61,111 nt of DNA from an uncultured Isosphaeraceae bacterium (GTDB lineage: Bacteria; Planctomycetota; Phycisphaerae; Phycisphaerales; SM1A02). Where the stretch lies: the NCBI GenBank assembly GCA_964483425.1, contig CAZABE010000064.1, positions 1-61,111 on the forward strand, given 5' to 3'. Numbering within the stretch: position 1 is the stretch's first letter; the number at the start of each line of letters is the position of its first letter. The notes under the pieces are model-generated. The model was not told the DNA's origin. It worked only from the letters and a program-made list of their open reading frames with translations, and did not search any database. This document shows, in pieces, positions 27,705 to 37,936 of this stretch. The position numbers and the translations under genes were made by a program.

Positions 27705-29636
27705 ATGACCACCTGCCTTCTTTCTACAATCCAAACTCCAGAAGATCTTAAAAAGATTCCTATTTCGGACTTACCAAAGCTCGCAACTGAAGTTCGCCAT
27801 GCAATTTGTGAACAAGTTAAAAAGTGTGGAGGGCATCTAGCATCGAATTTAGGTGTTGTGGATTTGACCATAGCTCTTCATTACGTCTTTGATTTTTCAC
27901 ACGACAGAATGCTTTTTGATGTCGGGCACCAATGCTATACACACAAGTTGTTAACAGGAAGGCAGCCGCTTCTTGAAAAACTTCGACAGCGAGGTGGCAT
28001 GTCTGGGTTCCCATCCCCAGATGAATCAACCTACGATCTGTTTTCAGTTGGGCATGCTGGGACTGCAATTTCAACTGCTGTTGGCATGGCTAGAGGTGAT
28101 ACCCTCCAAGGAGAAGCCTACGAGCCAACTACTAACAACGATGGGCGAAGAGTCGTTGCATTTGTTGGAGATGCATCTATTGTTAACGGGGTAGCAATGG
28201 AGGGCTTAAATAACGCTGGCACATTAAAACGGCAGTTTCTAGTTGTTCTCAATGACAACAACATGGGCATTGCCAATCCACAAGGAGCTATAGCAGATTA
28301 TTTTGATCACCTTAGAGTTGGTTCAACTTACCGCTCTATGAAAAGAGCTGCCAAAAATGTGATGGGAAAATTGCCTGGTGGTTCAATGCTAGAAGACATG
28401 TCGCATCGAATGACTGAAATGATGAAGGATGCAATTTTTGAGGATTCTTGGTTTGAACATTTTGGTTTGCTTTCAATTGGACCAATGGACGGTCACGATT
28501 TGCCCTCATTGATTGAGATGCTCATTGAAGTACGTGATGTCGATCGCCCACTTATTCTTCATGTACATACGACAAAAGGTAAGGGGTACGAATACACAGA
28601 ACAAGATTCGACTGCATTCCACTCTTCAAAACCATTTGCTATAACAAATACATGCGTTGAAATGCAACCCTCAGGGAGAAGTTTTACTTCTGCATTTTCT
28701 GATTCACTTTGCGACCTGATGCTTCAAGATGACAAAATCGTTGCTGCAACTGCAGCAATGCCTGATGGTACGGGTATTGATAAAGCAATGGAGAAATTCC
28801 CAAACCGAGTTTGGGATACTGGTATTTGTGAATCACACGCAATGGATATGCTTGCTGGAATGGCAAAAACCGGATGCAAACCATTCTTTGCTGTTTACTC
28901 AACATTCTTACAGCGCGCTTTTGATCAAGCATTTCAGGAGGTATCACTTCAGGGATTACCACTTCGCCTTTGCCTTGACCGTGCTGGAGTGGTAGGTGGT
29001 GATGGTGCTGTACATCATGGCTTTTGCGATATTTCACTTTTGCGAGTACTTCCAGATGCTGTGATTATGGCTGCAATCGATGAGCCCTCTTTACGAGAAG
29101 CAATGACTTTCATGGCGAACTATGACGCTGGACTAACCGCAGTTCGATACCCGCGCGACACTGTGCAACAACTTGAACAAAGATGCCCACCATTCAAACT
29201 CGGTAAGGCACATCCGTTAAGAAAAACCAACAATCCAAAATTAGCAATTCTTGGTTTCGGTACGACAACTCTTGATGCACTTAAAGCAGCCGAGATCGTT
29301 GACTGTGAAACAATTGATGTTTACGACTTCCGATTTGCAAAACCAGTTGATGGTAAACTTCTCGAAGAATTAATTTCAAACAAGATTCCAATTATCACAG
29401 TCGAAGACCACTCTATTGTTGGTGGTTTTGGATCTGCGATTCTTGAAGAATCAGCGAAACGCAAACTTGATTCTTCATACATCACTACTCTTGGACTACC
29501 AGACAGATGGATTGGACATGGTTCTCGCAAGGAACAACTCGCTGAAGCGGGAATCGATGCAACAGGTATAGCTTCGGTTGCATCGCGTATCTTGAATGAA
29601 ACATATTCAGAAACACCATTTGTTGTAACAAGATAA
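27705..29636 (+). CDS. dxs: 1-deoxy-D-xylulose-5-phosphate synthase
   Basis: Motifs GGHLASNLG, GHQCYTHKLLTGR, GDASIVNG...LNDN and CESHAM. ATG 27705 has GGAG 8 nt upstream; the ORF track begins at GTG 27696. Confidence 0.9.
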   Translation: MTTCLLSTIQTPEDLKKIPISDLPKLATEVRHAICEQVKKCGGHLASNLGVVDLTIALHYVFDFSHDRMLFDVGHQCYTHKLLTGRQPLLEKLRQRGGMSGFPSPDESTYDLFSVGHAGTAISTAVGMARGDTLQGEAYEPTTNNDGRRVVAFVGDASIVNGVAMEGLNNAGTLKRQFLVVLNDNNMGIANPQGAIADYFDHLRVGSTYRSMKRAAKNVMGKLPGGSMLEDMSHRMTEMMKDAIFEDSWFEHFGLLSIGPMDGHDLPSLIEMLIEVRDVDRPLILHVHTTKGKGYEYTEQDSTAFHSSKPFAITNTCVEMQPSGRSFTSAFSDSLCDLMLQDDKIVAATAAMPDGTGIDKAMEKFPNRVWDTGICESHAMDMLAGMAKTGCKPFFAVYSTFLQRAFDQAFQEVSLQGLPLRLCLDRAGVVGGDGAVHHGFCDISLLRVLPDAVIMAAIDEPSLREAMTFMANYDAGLTAVRYPRDTVQQLEQRCPPFKLGKAHPLRKTNNPKLAILGFGTTTLDALKAAEIVDCETIDVYDFRFAKPVDGKLLEELISNKIPIITVEDHSIVGGFGSAILEESAKRKLDSSYITTLGLPDRWIGHGSRKEQLAEAGIDATGIASVASRILNETYSETPFVVTR

Positions 29637-29648
29637 AGTAACGATTCT

Positions 29649-30377
29649 ATGTCTATTCTCATCATCGAACACAGTGACTTAACTGGATCTGACCGGCTTG
29701 GTCAACGGCTCCTTGAAGATGGTCATCGTTTGCAAGTTGTACGAGTACATCTTGGGGAAAAACTTCCATCGGACCTTGATGAAATTGATGGCGTAATTAG
29801 TTGTGGCGGACCACAAGACCCAACCTGTGATGAACCATGGATTGAACAAGAACTTTCTCTGCTTAAGGAAGCCGACTCTAAAGAGATACCTGTTTTTGGG
29901 ATGTGTCTTGGAAGCCAATTACTTGCAAGAGCTTTAGGAGGTGAACTTTTAAAATGTGAATCACCAGAACTTGGATGGTATGAGGTCTCTCTTACACCAG
30001 TTGGTCGAGCTGATTTTATTCTTTCTGGACAGCCTTGGGATGGACCACAATTCCATTGGCATAATTGGCAAGTAAGCAAACTTCCCGATGGAGCAACCCT
30101 ACTTGCATCAAGTCAGTTGTGCAATGTTCAGGCATGGATGAAGGGTGTCTGCACATACGCTGTGCAATTCCATCCTGAATGTACAAAAGAACGTATTGAA
30201 TCGTGGATTGACGATGATGCCAAGCAGCTAGAAAAGGCAAACATATCCCCTAAACAAATCGAAAACGACACGAATACCAACTTAGAAGATTACATCCGAT
30301 TAACAAATCGACTTTTCGATGCAATCTCTCAACTTCTCATGCCGATGCAAAATCGCTTAGTACGGCAACGTCATTAA
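29649..30377 (+). CDS. class I glutamine amidotransferase-like protein
   Basis: GMCLGSQLLARALGG nucleophile elbow and QFHPE. Confidence 0.7.
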   Translation: MSILIIEHSDLTGSDRLGQRLLEDGHRLQVVRVHLGEKLPSDLDEIDGVISCGGPQDPTCDEPWIEQELSLLKEADSKEIPVFGMCLGSQLLARALGGELLKCESPELGWYEVSLTPVGRADFILSGQPWDGPQFHWHNWQVSKLPDGATLLASSQLCNVQAWMKGVCTYAVQFHPECTKERIESWIDDDAKQLEKANISPKQIENDTNTNLEDYIRLTNRLFDAISQLLMPMQNRLVRQRH

Positions 30378-30380
30378 CTT

Positions 30381-30992
30381 GTGTGTAAGATTCCTGACTA
30401 TTTAAAACCCTATCAAGATGCGGTTGAAGAACACGGAGGAACATTCGATGCAACGCTTTGGCGTTCTAGAGATGGCCAGGTACTTCGGTTCAAGACATTC
30501 TGTGATTTGATTGATTTCACTGGGGTATCCATTTTGGACGTTGGTTGTGGGGTTGGTGATTTTTCTGAGTATTTAATTCAACGTAAAATTAAATTTAAAT
30601 CATTCCACGGGATTGATGCGATGGAAGCGATGATAGCGACGGCTAAGAATCGTCAACTAGAGGGTAGTACATTTTCGGTTTGTGACATGGTTGAAGATTC
30701 AGATATTTTCACCGGTTTCGATTGGATAACGTTCTCAGGATCACTCAACGCAATCGATGAGAATATTGCGATGGCTACAGTAAATGCAGCGTATGAAAGA
30801 TGTGAGCGAGGCGTTGCATTTAATTTCTTGTCAAACCAATCTGACCACGAGTCCACATCGGAGGATTTGTCACCCGCTACACGTTTTAACACGATGCAGT
30901 GGATTGAGAGTGCCCTGTCCCTATCTAAAAGCGTTGACTTCACACAGTCCTATCTCAACGGGCACGACGCCACAATCGTCATACATAGATAA
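30381..30992 (+). CDS. class I SAM-dependent methyltransferase
   Basis: Motif I ILDVGCGVGDFSEYL. GTG start. The TAA stop is the first three bases of a palindromic element. Confidence 0.65.
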   Translation: MCKIPDYLKPYQDAVEEHGGTFDATLWRSRDGQVLRFKTFCDLIDFTGVSILDVGCGVGDFSEYLIQRKIKFKSFHGIDAMEAMIATAKNRQLEGSTFSVCDMVEDSDIFTGFDWITFSGSLNAIDENIAMATVNAAYERCERGVAFNFLSNQSDHESTSEDLSPATRFNTMQWIESALSLSKSVDFTQSYLNGHDATIVIHR

Positions 30993-31013
30993 ACAATCCC
31001 GCGGGAAAGTTTA
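30990..31013. repeat. palindromic element copy (taaacaatcccgcgggaaagttta)
   Basis: TAAAC / CCCGCGGG / GTTTA read directly; the first TAA is the methyltransferase stop. Confidence 0.8.
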
Positions 31014-31139
31014 CACAACAAGAAAATCTCTTAAATGGAGGACTATCTATCTGCACTAAAAAAGTAGTACGAATTTCCGCAGTTATTGTTGGTTTTACCA
31101 AAAACCATATTACAATGCGGGTCGATTGGAGAAAAGAAA

Positions 31140-32162
31140 ATGGAAACTAAATCAGAAACATCAACATCAAAACAAACTACTTTAAAAGTTGTTGCTACAA
31201 CTGGTGGATTTAAATCATTTGTTGCCTTCCTTGCAGCAATGTTTATATTCCTTATTGTATTTATTGTTGGAATAATCGCTGGGTTTTCTGGCTTTGCAGC
31301 AGCAACAAAGGATACTGGACCAGTCCGCACCCATGTCGCTCATGAAGGCGACTCTTCAACTATTGCTGTTCTAAACGTTTCTGGAGTAATTGATGGTGGT
31401 AACGCTTCTTACGCAAAACAAGCAATAGATGCAATCCTTGACGAGGAGTCCATTCGCGCTGTTGTATTAAGGGTAAATTCTCCCGGTGGTGGAGTTACTG
31501 CATCCGATGAAATATGGTACAACGTTCAACGATTAAAAGAAGCCAACTTACCTCTCATTGCAAGTTATGGTGGTGTTGCTGCTTCGGGCGGATATTACAT
31601 ATCATGTAACGCTGATCACATCCTCGCGCAAGAAACAACTATAACTGGTTCTATTGGTGTAATTGCAAACATAATGACGTTTCAGGACTTGCTTAAAATG
31701 ATTGGAATAAAACCAGTTACTCTTATCGCAAGTGACTCACCAGAGAAATCAGTTGCAAACGATGTATACCGCAACTGGACTGTCAAAGACAAGCAAAAAG
31801 TGACTGGTATTCTAGATGCAATGTATTCCATTTTTTATGATAGAGTGCAAGAAGGACGAGGCAAAGTAATCTCGGACGACAAAAAACTTGCAGCAATTGC
31901 AAACGGTTCTGCATACACCGCACAACAAGCAATGGGCAATGGGTTGATAGATGAGATTGGATATCTAGATGATGCCATCGTCGTTGCACAGCAACGATCT
32001 GGACTAACCAATTCTAATCCGACCATTGTTCACTATTCACGCGCTACACCTTCGTTTGGTGATCTTCTTGGCGTTCAATCAAGTGAATTCTCTGCATCCG
32101 ACATACAGTCGATGCTACAAGAGTTTTCCATGCCAAAATTAATGTACCTCTACAATAAATAA
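31140..32162 (+). CDS. sppA: signal peptide peptidase SppA (36K type)
   Basis: N-terminal TM, then NSPGGGVTASDEIW and ASGGYYISCNAD. ATG 31140 is preceded by GGAGAAAAG; the ORF track begins at TTG 31086. Confidence 0.8.
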   Translation: METKSETSTSKQTTLKVVATTGGFKSFVAFLAAMFIFLIVFIVGIIAGFSGFAAATKDTGPVRTHVAHEGDSSTIAVLNVSGVIDGGNASYAKQAIDAILDEESIRAVVLRVNSPGGGVTASDEIWYNVQRLKEANLPLIASYGGVAASGGYYISCNADHILAQETTITGSIGVIANIMTFQDLLKMIGIKPVTLIASDSPEKSVANDVYRNWTVKDKQKVTGILDAMYSIFYDRVQEGRGKVISDDKKLAAIANGSAYTAQQAMGNGLIDEIGYLDDAIVVAQQRSGLTNSNPTIVHYSRATPSFGDLLGVQSSEFSASDIQSMLQEFSMPKLMYLYNK

Positions 32163-32182
32163 CACCAAACGTAGGTAAAAAC

Positions 32183-34219
32183 ATGTCAATATTCTTGCTT
32201 TGCGCGGTTCTTTCAACCGCTAATGCTTCTGCTGCGTCCACTCTGTATGACGAGGATATCCAAAAAGCTATTACAAAAATATCAACTGAACTTATATCAA
32301 GGCACGACCCAACATACTGCTGGGAAAATACAGGTAATAATTCTAGATCTTCAGGTTGGTTAACAAAATACAAAGGCGGAACAACCTCATTGACAACTCT
32401 TTCATTATTGTCAGCAGGAGTTTCGGTTCACGCACCTGAAATTAAATCTTCGGTTAAATACCTAGAAGGTATAAAACGCCCAAGTACGTACGTCCTCGCA
32501 ACGAGGACGAGTGTTTGGTCGATGTTACCAAACCGATACAAAAAGAATTTAGCTAGGGACACGAGACGACTAGTATCTACGATGGGTATCTCTTCTGGAA
32601 GTTGGGGAAACTACGATGTTCCCCCAAAAACAATTTCCTCTGCTTCACCCCTAAATAGAGAGTTCGGAATGATTGCCTTACGTGAGTCCGCAAGAAATGG
32701 GTATCGAATTCCAAAAAAATGTTGGATGGCGATTGCGGAATCAACACTAACAACTCAACAAAATAATGGTGGTTGGTCATATGAACAGAGCGTAAAGAGT
32801 GGTACACCTTCATCAAACATGACTGTTGCTGCACTTAATTGTCTTTTGGGTGTTGATGAAATTATTGGTAAAAACCTAACAAAACAACAATCAGAATGGT
32901 TACACAGTTCAATAGAAAGAGCACTTTCTTGGTTAAACAAACACGCAACTACAGACGAGAACGTCGGTGGCACAACCTTGATGAGCTACCTTTATGGATT
33001 AGAAAGAGTAGCAATGTCATGCGGTCTCGCTGAGATTCACAATAAAGATTGGTTCAAAGATGGTGCTAGAGCAATAATTAAAACGCATTGCGCTACACGA
33101 AAAGCAAAAGGCAGTACAACAAATTTAGCATTTGCACTCTTGTTCCTTTCTCGTGGTCGAATCCCAATTGCATTGTGTGAACTCGCCAAAGAAGATGGGA
33201 TTATTGACCCAAATAGAACTGCAGAGATAATTTCTCAAAGGTTATCAAATCAAACAGAGCAATCACTAACTTGGCAAATTGTTACTGATAAAGAACGCAT
33301 TGAATCGTGGCTCGCTGCTCCCATTTTATTCATTCAAGATTATCATTCCATCCCAAAGGACTTACGTAAACTTAAGACATATTTAGACAGAGGAGGGCTG
33401 ATTGTGATGCTTTCTCCGCAAAGAAATGCTGAGGATTTTTCCTCAATCGCAAAAGCACTTTGCCAAGGTATCTCACCAATCGAGGTCGATGACTCCCACT
33501 GGTCGAAATCCTTGATATCCGTTGTAAAAAATATCAAAATCACAACATGGCACGATGGAGTTCGTGATCGCATTCTCTTGATTCATGGTTCTCCGTCTTC
33601 GCTAGTTCACTCTGAAAAAAATATGCTTTCAAAAGCCCTTCTAAATATATGTTGCGGGGCGGCTGAACTCAATTTGTGGAAGCCAAGAATCTCTAAACCT
33701 TTAGATACAAAATCAAATAAAACTGTTTGGGTTGCAGAGCACGACGGTAGTTGGAGTGTTGAACTTGAAGGATTAAAGAAATGGAAGGTCAAAACAAAAC
33801 CTATAAACCAAATTAAAAAAGGAAAACTTGTCCTTGTAGGTGGATTACACGAAAAAGAGGCAACCGATGAACTTGCAAAGCAAATTGTACGTGTTGCAAG
33901 AAATGGCTCCACTGTTCTTGTAGAATCAATCGGTGGAAGAAACCAATTTGCCGCAACAATGCAAGTACAAATTGAACAACTAACCGAAAACAACTTCACT
34001 CGTGATCTTCAGTTTCAAGAAGTTTTAGGGCAACGAGGATGGTCTATCTATTACCACAAGAAAATAGAACCACCAATGTGTGCCACTTTTAATACTGGGA
34101 AAGTCATCATCATAAATAGCGATCTTAGGAATGGCTTCCTTGACCATACTGCTTGGGGAGTGCATGGATACAACGCTTCTGTTGCTACACATATTATCGA
34201 TACTCTCCTAGGCGGATAG
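32183..34219 (+). CDS. secreted protein with a prenyltransferase/terpene-cyclase-like repeat N-terminal region and a DUF4159-like C-terminal region
   Basis: Signal peptide; NNGGWSYEQ and SGSWGNY repeats; TNLAFALLFLSRGRIP and PILFIQDYHS...LKTYLDRGGLIVM resemble DUF4159-type proteins as I recall them. Confidence 0.45.
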   Translation: MSIFLLCAVLSTANASAASTLYDEDIQKAITKISTELISRHDPTYCWENTGNNSRSSGWLTKYKGGTTSLTTLSLLSAGVSVHAPEIKSSVKYLEGIKRPSTYVLATRTSVWSMLPNRYKKNLARDTRRLVSTMGISSGSWGNYDVPPKTISSASPLNREFGMIALRESARNGYRIPKKCWMAIAESTLTTQQNNGGWSYEQSVKSGTPSSNMTVAALNCLLGVDEIIGKNLTKQQSEWLHSSIERALSWLNKHATTDENVGGTTLMSYLYGLERVAMSCGLAEIHNKDWFKDGARAIIKTHCATRKAKGSTTNLAFALLFLSRGRIPIALCELAKEDGIIDPNRTAEIISQRLSNQTEQSLTWQIVTDKERIESWLAAPILFIQDYHSIPKDLRKLKTYLDRGGLIVMLSPQRNAEDFSSIAKALCQGISPIEVDDSHWSKSLISVVKNIKITTWHDGVRDRILLIHGSPSSLVHSEKNMLSKALLNICCGAAELNLWKPRISKPLDTKSNKTVWVAEHDGSWSVELEGLKKWKVKTKPINQIKKGKLVLVGGLHEKEATDELAKQIVRVARNGSTVLVESIGGRNQFAATMQVQIEQLTENNFTRDLQFQEVLGQRGWSIYYHKKIEPPMCATFNTGKVIIINSDLRNGFLDHTAWGVHGYNASVATHIIDTLLGG

Positions 34220-35203
34220 ATGCACTACACTGCTGTGGTGAAACATTATTCTTCAATTACGTTTGCTGGGGTACTTTGCCTTGCAGTAATTGCTGCGTTT
34301 ATTGTTTCTAATGAACAACAGGAAAAACAAGCGAAGCGATTACTTTCTTCCTCTTCAATCACAGATCAACTTGAGGGAATTCAACTAGTTAAGAATGCAC
34401 CATTTGATATTCTTTTAAACTTACTCAGCCCTGTTCTTGACAGCAATAATGAGGTGTCCTACTTAGCCCAAAAAACTTTAGTTACGGGAGCATTCAAACA
34501 AGAACGGCTAAAAGATCTAAGCACTTTAAAAATAGATAAAGAATTACTTGAAGCGGCTAAGTGGTGGGAAACAGATCCAAAAATACAAACCATACCTACA
34601 GTCCTGATTGACTCAAACATCTCTACATCCATTACTCATCTTGCTTGGTTTTTAGGAATAGAAGACGCGCCAACGTTCTCAGAGATGACTGAATTACCAA
34701 TTAATGATAGCGTCGGAAGTGTTCTTCTTGCCGTCTTATCAATTGAGAAATTTGGAACTTCAGTACAAGTTCAAGAATTAATTAAAACATGGTCAAGGGA
34801 TTACGATTTAGAAAGAAGAAAAGCAGCAATCTTGCTTGGAGCACTTGTTGGGTCAACAACTGTACCTTTGCAGTCGCAAATTGAAGAACTTAATACCCTT
34901 CAAACTGTCTGTGATGAAATGAGCATTGAATTAGCGTGGAGAACTATGCATAATGAAGATGGAACAATAAATCCTGAGATTGCTCTTGTAGGGATGCTAG
35001 CAAATAAGGAATTATTTTTCCCATTCCTTTTAGATAGTGTAACCGAAGGATTATGGGCTCATCCCGAACACCCAATTGCGATTGCGTTTCGTTTTGCTCC
35101 AGATATTTCAAAGAGGATTCCATTCGAATTGTTGCAGAGTGAAAAAACTAGAACAAAATGGTGGTCCCTCTTCTCTTGCGGGTTACTGCTTGAAGAACGA
35201 TGA
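34220..35203 (+). CDS. membrane-anchored hypothetical protein
   Basis: One N-terminal TM helix (FAGVLCLAVIAAFIV), helical remainder. Its ATG directly abuts the upstream TAG. Confidence 0.45.
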   Translation: MHYTAVVKHYSSITFAGVLCLAVIAAFIVSNEQQEKQAKRLLSSSSITDQLEGIQLVKNAPFDILLNLLSPVLDSNNEVSYLAQKTLVTGAFKQERLKDLSTLKIDKELLEAAKWWETDPKIQTIPTVLIDSNISTSITHLAWFLGIEDAPTFSEMTELPINDSVGSVLLAVLSIEKFGTSVQVQELIKTWSRDYDLERRKAAILLGALVGSTTVPLQSQIEELNTLQTVCDEMSIELAWRTMHNEDGTINPEIALVGMLANKELFFPFLLDSVTEGLWAHPEHPIAIAFRFAPDISKRIPFELLQSEKTRTKWWSLFSCGLLLEER

Positions 35204-35210
35204 TACTCAA

Positions 35211-35609
35211 ATGAACTCAACAACTGCACTAAGCGTTCTCATGATGCCCAGAGATGCAAACATCTATGGGACTATTTTTGGTGGCATCATCCTCTCGTAC
35301 ATTGACCAAGCGGGTTTTGTAGAAGCGAGAAGGCACGGTGTACACAGATGGCTTACGGCTTCCGTTGATCGAGTTGACTTTAAAAAGCCTGTTTACGTAG
35401 GCGACGTTGTTCGTTTTCATACTCAGACCCTAAAAACAGGTTGTTCATCCGTAGAAATTGAGGTAAGTGTCGAATCAGAGCGGTACGATTCTGGTGAAAA
35501 AGTTGTTGTCACCAAAGCAACAATGACGATGGTCAGCGTCGACGCTTGTGGTAAAGCCATTCCGTTCGACTCACCTCCTACTATTGATTCCACTGGAGAA
35601 TCCGCATGA
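35211..35609 (+). CDS. acyl-CoA thioesterase (hotdog fold, YciA-like)
   Basis: Motif MMPRDANIYGTIFGGIILSYIDQAG. ATG 35211 lies just after the upstream stop at 35201-35203. The longer ORF-track start at 35076 overlaps the previous gene. Confidence 0.75.
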   Translation: MNSTTALSVLMMPRDANIYGTIFGGIILSYIDQAGFVEARRHGVHRWLTASVDRVDFKKPVYVGDVVRFHTQTLKTGCSSVEIEVSVESERYDSGEKVVVTKATMTMVSVDACGKAIPFDSPPTIDSTGESA

Positions 35610-36190
35610 CAACAAAACTTGCGGTTCTTTTTAGTGGAGGTGGAACAACTATCTTGAATTTGCTCAGTCAGATCGAGGATAAAAAACTCGACGCTGAAAT
35701 CATCCTCTCAATTGCTTCAAGAAATGACATAATAGGAATTGACCGTCTTGCTGAAAGGGGCATCGATGTTGCCATTGCAAAGCAGGATGGAGATACAACC
35801 GAGACAGTTGATAGAAAAATTCAAGCATGGCTTGATAATTCTAAACCCGATTTGATTTTACTATGTGGGTATCTGCGGTTTTTTCAGTTAAAGCCTTGGA
35901 TGGAGGGAAGAGTACTCAACATTCACCCCGCCCTTCTTCCGAACTTTGGTGGCAAGGGAATGTATGGACTCAACGTCCACAAATCAGTTATAGAACATGG
36001 TGAAAAAACATCTGGCTGTACTGTGCACTATGTGGATGACAAATATGACCACGGTCCAATAATTATTCAAAAAACGTGTGATGTACTAGAGAATGACACA
36101 CCAGAGACCCTCGCAAAACGCGTTTTTGAACTCGAATGTATCGCCTACCCAGAGGCAATTCGTTTAGTTGCTTCGCAACTCAATGTATGA
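35606..36190 (+). CDS. purN: phosphoribosylglycinamide formyltransferase
   Basis: Motifs LAVLFSGGGTT, NIHPALLP and HYVDDKYDHGPII. Confidence 0.85.
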   Translation: MTTKLAVLFSGGGTTILNLLSQIEDKKLDAEIILSIASRNDIIGIDRLAERGIDVAIAKQDGDTTETVDRKIQAWLDNSKPDLILLCGYLRFFQLKPWMEGRVLNIHPALLPNFGGKGMYGLNVHKSVIEHGEKTSGCTVHYVDDKYDHGPIIIQKTCDVLENDTPETLAKRVFELECIAYPEAIRLVASQLNV

Positions 36191-36200
36191 TGCACGCAGC

Positions 36201-37058
36201 ATGAGCAAACCCAACTCAAAACAGAAAAAATCCAAAAGACCATTTTTGCGCGGTCTCGCAGTCCTCTTGCCATCTGTTCTAACTCTCTGGTTAATCGTAA
36301 AGGCATATCAATTTATTGATTCAGCAATTGCTGAACCAATCAATCGAGGTATCAGGGCTAGTTTTATTCAATTACCGAATTATGTCCCATCGATTCGAGA
36401 AACCTTTGCAATGGGTCCCACCCTAGAAGAACTAAATGAAGCAGCCGAAAAAGCTGGCATTGCTGTTTCCAATACTTCTGCACTTCAAGAATTATCCCAA
36501 GAAATGTTCGCAACTTCTGTCAACACTTGGTGGACCGAACACCCATGGATGAACTTTCTTGGGCTTATAGTTGCTGCAGTAATAGTTTACATTTCCGGAC
36601 GACTCGTTGGCGGTTTTATTGGTCGCGCAATGTACCGACGCATTGAAAAAATCATGGTCGCGGTTCCAGTAATACGTAAGGTCTACCCGTACGTAAAACA
36701 ATTGGTGGACTTTTTGATTAGCGATGAAGACAAACCAAAATTTAGCCGTGTAGTTGCTGTTGAATATCCTAGAAAAGGAATCTGGTCTGTTGGCTTTATG
36801 ACTGGCGAATCACTTAAAGTAATTGAAAAAAAGATTCCTGATTCCGTCACCATTTTCATTCCGAGTTCGCCAACACCATTCACTGGATACACTATCACGG
36901 TACCTAGAATTGATACGATTGACCTTCCAATTACGGTGGAAGAAGCTATCCGTTTTGCTGTCAGTGGCGGGGTTTTGGTGCCAGATCACCAGAATATGGT
37001 GGGCTTAGAACCTGCTAAAATGGAAACCGAGGATACTCCTGAGCAAAACAAGGAATAG
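36201..37058 (+). CDS. DUF502-family membrane protein
   Basis: Two TM segments, then PVIRKVYPYVKQLVD and GYTITVP. The start is uncertain: 36168, 36183 or 36201. Confidence 0.6.
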   Translation: MSKPNSKQKKSKRPFLRGLAVLLPSVLTLWLIVKAYQFIDSAIAEPINRGIRASFIQLPNYVPSIRETFAMGPTLEELNEAAEKAGIAVSNTSALQELSQEMFATSVNTWWTEHPWMNFLGLIVAAVIVYISGRLVGGFIGRAMYRRIEKIMVAVPVIRKVYPYVKQLVDFLISDEDKPKFSRVVAVEYPRKGIWSVGFMTGESLKVIEKKIPDSVTIFIPSSPTPFTGYTITVPRIDTIDLPITVEEAIRFAVSGGVLVPDHQNMVGLEPAKMETEDTPEQNKE

Positions 37059-37073
37059 AAGAAGGTACTACCA

Positions 37074-37397
37074 ATGCAAATCAACGTAACAAGTAAAAAC
37101 CTCGAAATGACTCCAACAATCGAGGAATACGCTCAAACCAAGGCAGACAAACTAACTCGATTCTATGACCGAATTGAACAAATTGAAGTCAAAGTCGAAA
37201 AAACCACTCATGGCTTCACCGCAGAAATAATCACGGATGTAGAGCACCATGACAATATCGTCGCTAATTGCGAAGATAATGATTTGCATGCAGCCATCGA
37301 CAGTTGCATAGACAAGAGCGTCCGCCAGTTGACCGACCTCAAGTCAAAGACACGTGACCACAAGCACAACACTCCTACTGGAGGACAAGAACGATGA
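37074..37397 (+). CDS. hpf: ribosome hibernation promoting factor (short HPF/YfiA type)
   Basis: MQINVTSKNLEMTPTIEEYAQTKADKLTRFYDRI matches the sigma-54 modulation / S30AE family pattern. Confidence 0.85.
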   Translation: MQINVTSKNLEMTPTIEEYAQTKADKLTRFYDRIEQIEVKVEKTTHGFTAEIITDVEHHDNIVANCEDNDLHAAIDSCIDKSVRQLTDLKSKTRDHKHNTPTGGQER

Positions 37398-37864
37398 AAC
37401 TTATGGATATCGTTGTCAAAGATGCAATAATTCCAGAACTCAAAGCAACCAATCGTGATGGTGTCATCATCGAATTGGTCGATGCACTTGTCTCCTCTGA
37501 TTGCGTGACTGACGACCAACGGGACGATTTTGCTAAAGCAATTATCCGTAGAGAAAACAAGGGTTCAACTGGCTTTGGACATGGTGTTGCTGTTCCACAC
37601 GTAAAACATGCAGACATCAAAACAATGCATATTGCAATAGGCATTAGCATCATGGGTGTAGATTTCAAAGCTCTCGATCGTGAACCCGTCTACTCTGTTG
37701 TCTTGTTGCTGAGTCCAGAAGACCAACCCGAAAATCACCTAGACGCGATGGAAGCGATTTTTAGTTCCCTAAGCCAAGATACATTTAGACGCTTCCTTCG
37801 CCAAGCAAGCTCGTCCGATGATGTGCTCACACTTTTGGCAGAGACAGATAACGCCGTTCGATAA
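37394..37864 (+). CDS. ptsN: PTS EIIA-Ntr-like nitrogen regulatory protein
   Basis: STGFGHGVAVPH phospho-histidine motif; ATGA overlap with hpf. Confidence 0.8.
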   Translation: MKLMDIVVKDAIIPELKATNRDGVIIELVDALVSSDCVTDDQRDDFAKAIIRRENKGSTGFGHGVAVPHVKHADIKTMHIAIGISIMGVDFKALDREPVYSVVLLLSPEDQPENHLDAMEAIFSSLSQDTFRRFLRQASSSDDVLTLLAETDNAVR

Positions 37865-37936
37865 GGACCGTTTTAAAATATTACTTTGAATCGCATTTTT
37901 AATTGAAATGCCAACACTATCACCCCCTACTAAGTT

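Noticed and set aside
35076-35210. 45-aa N-terminal extension of the thioesterase ORF overlapping the preceding gene
   Set aside because: The extension has no thioesterase-like sequence and overlaps the previous gene by 128 nt. ATG 35211 sits right after the upstream stop.
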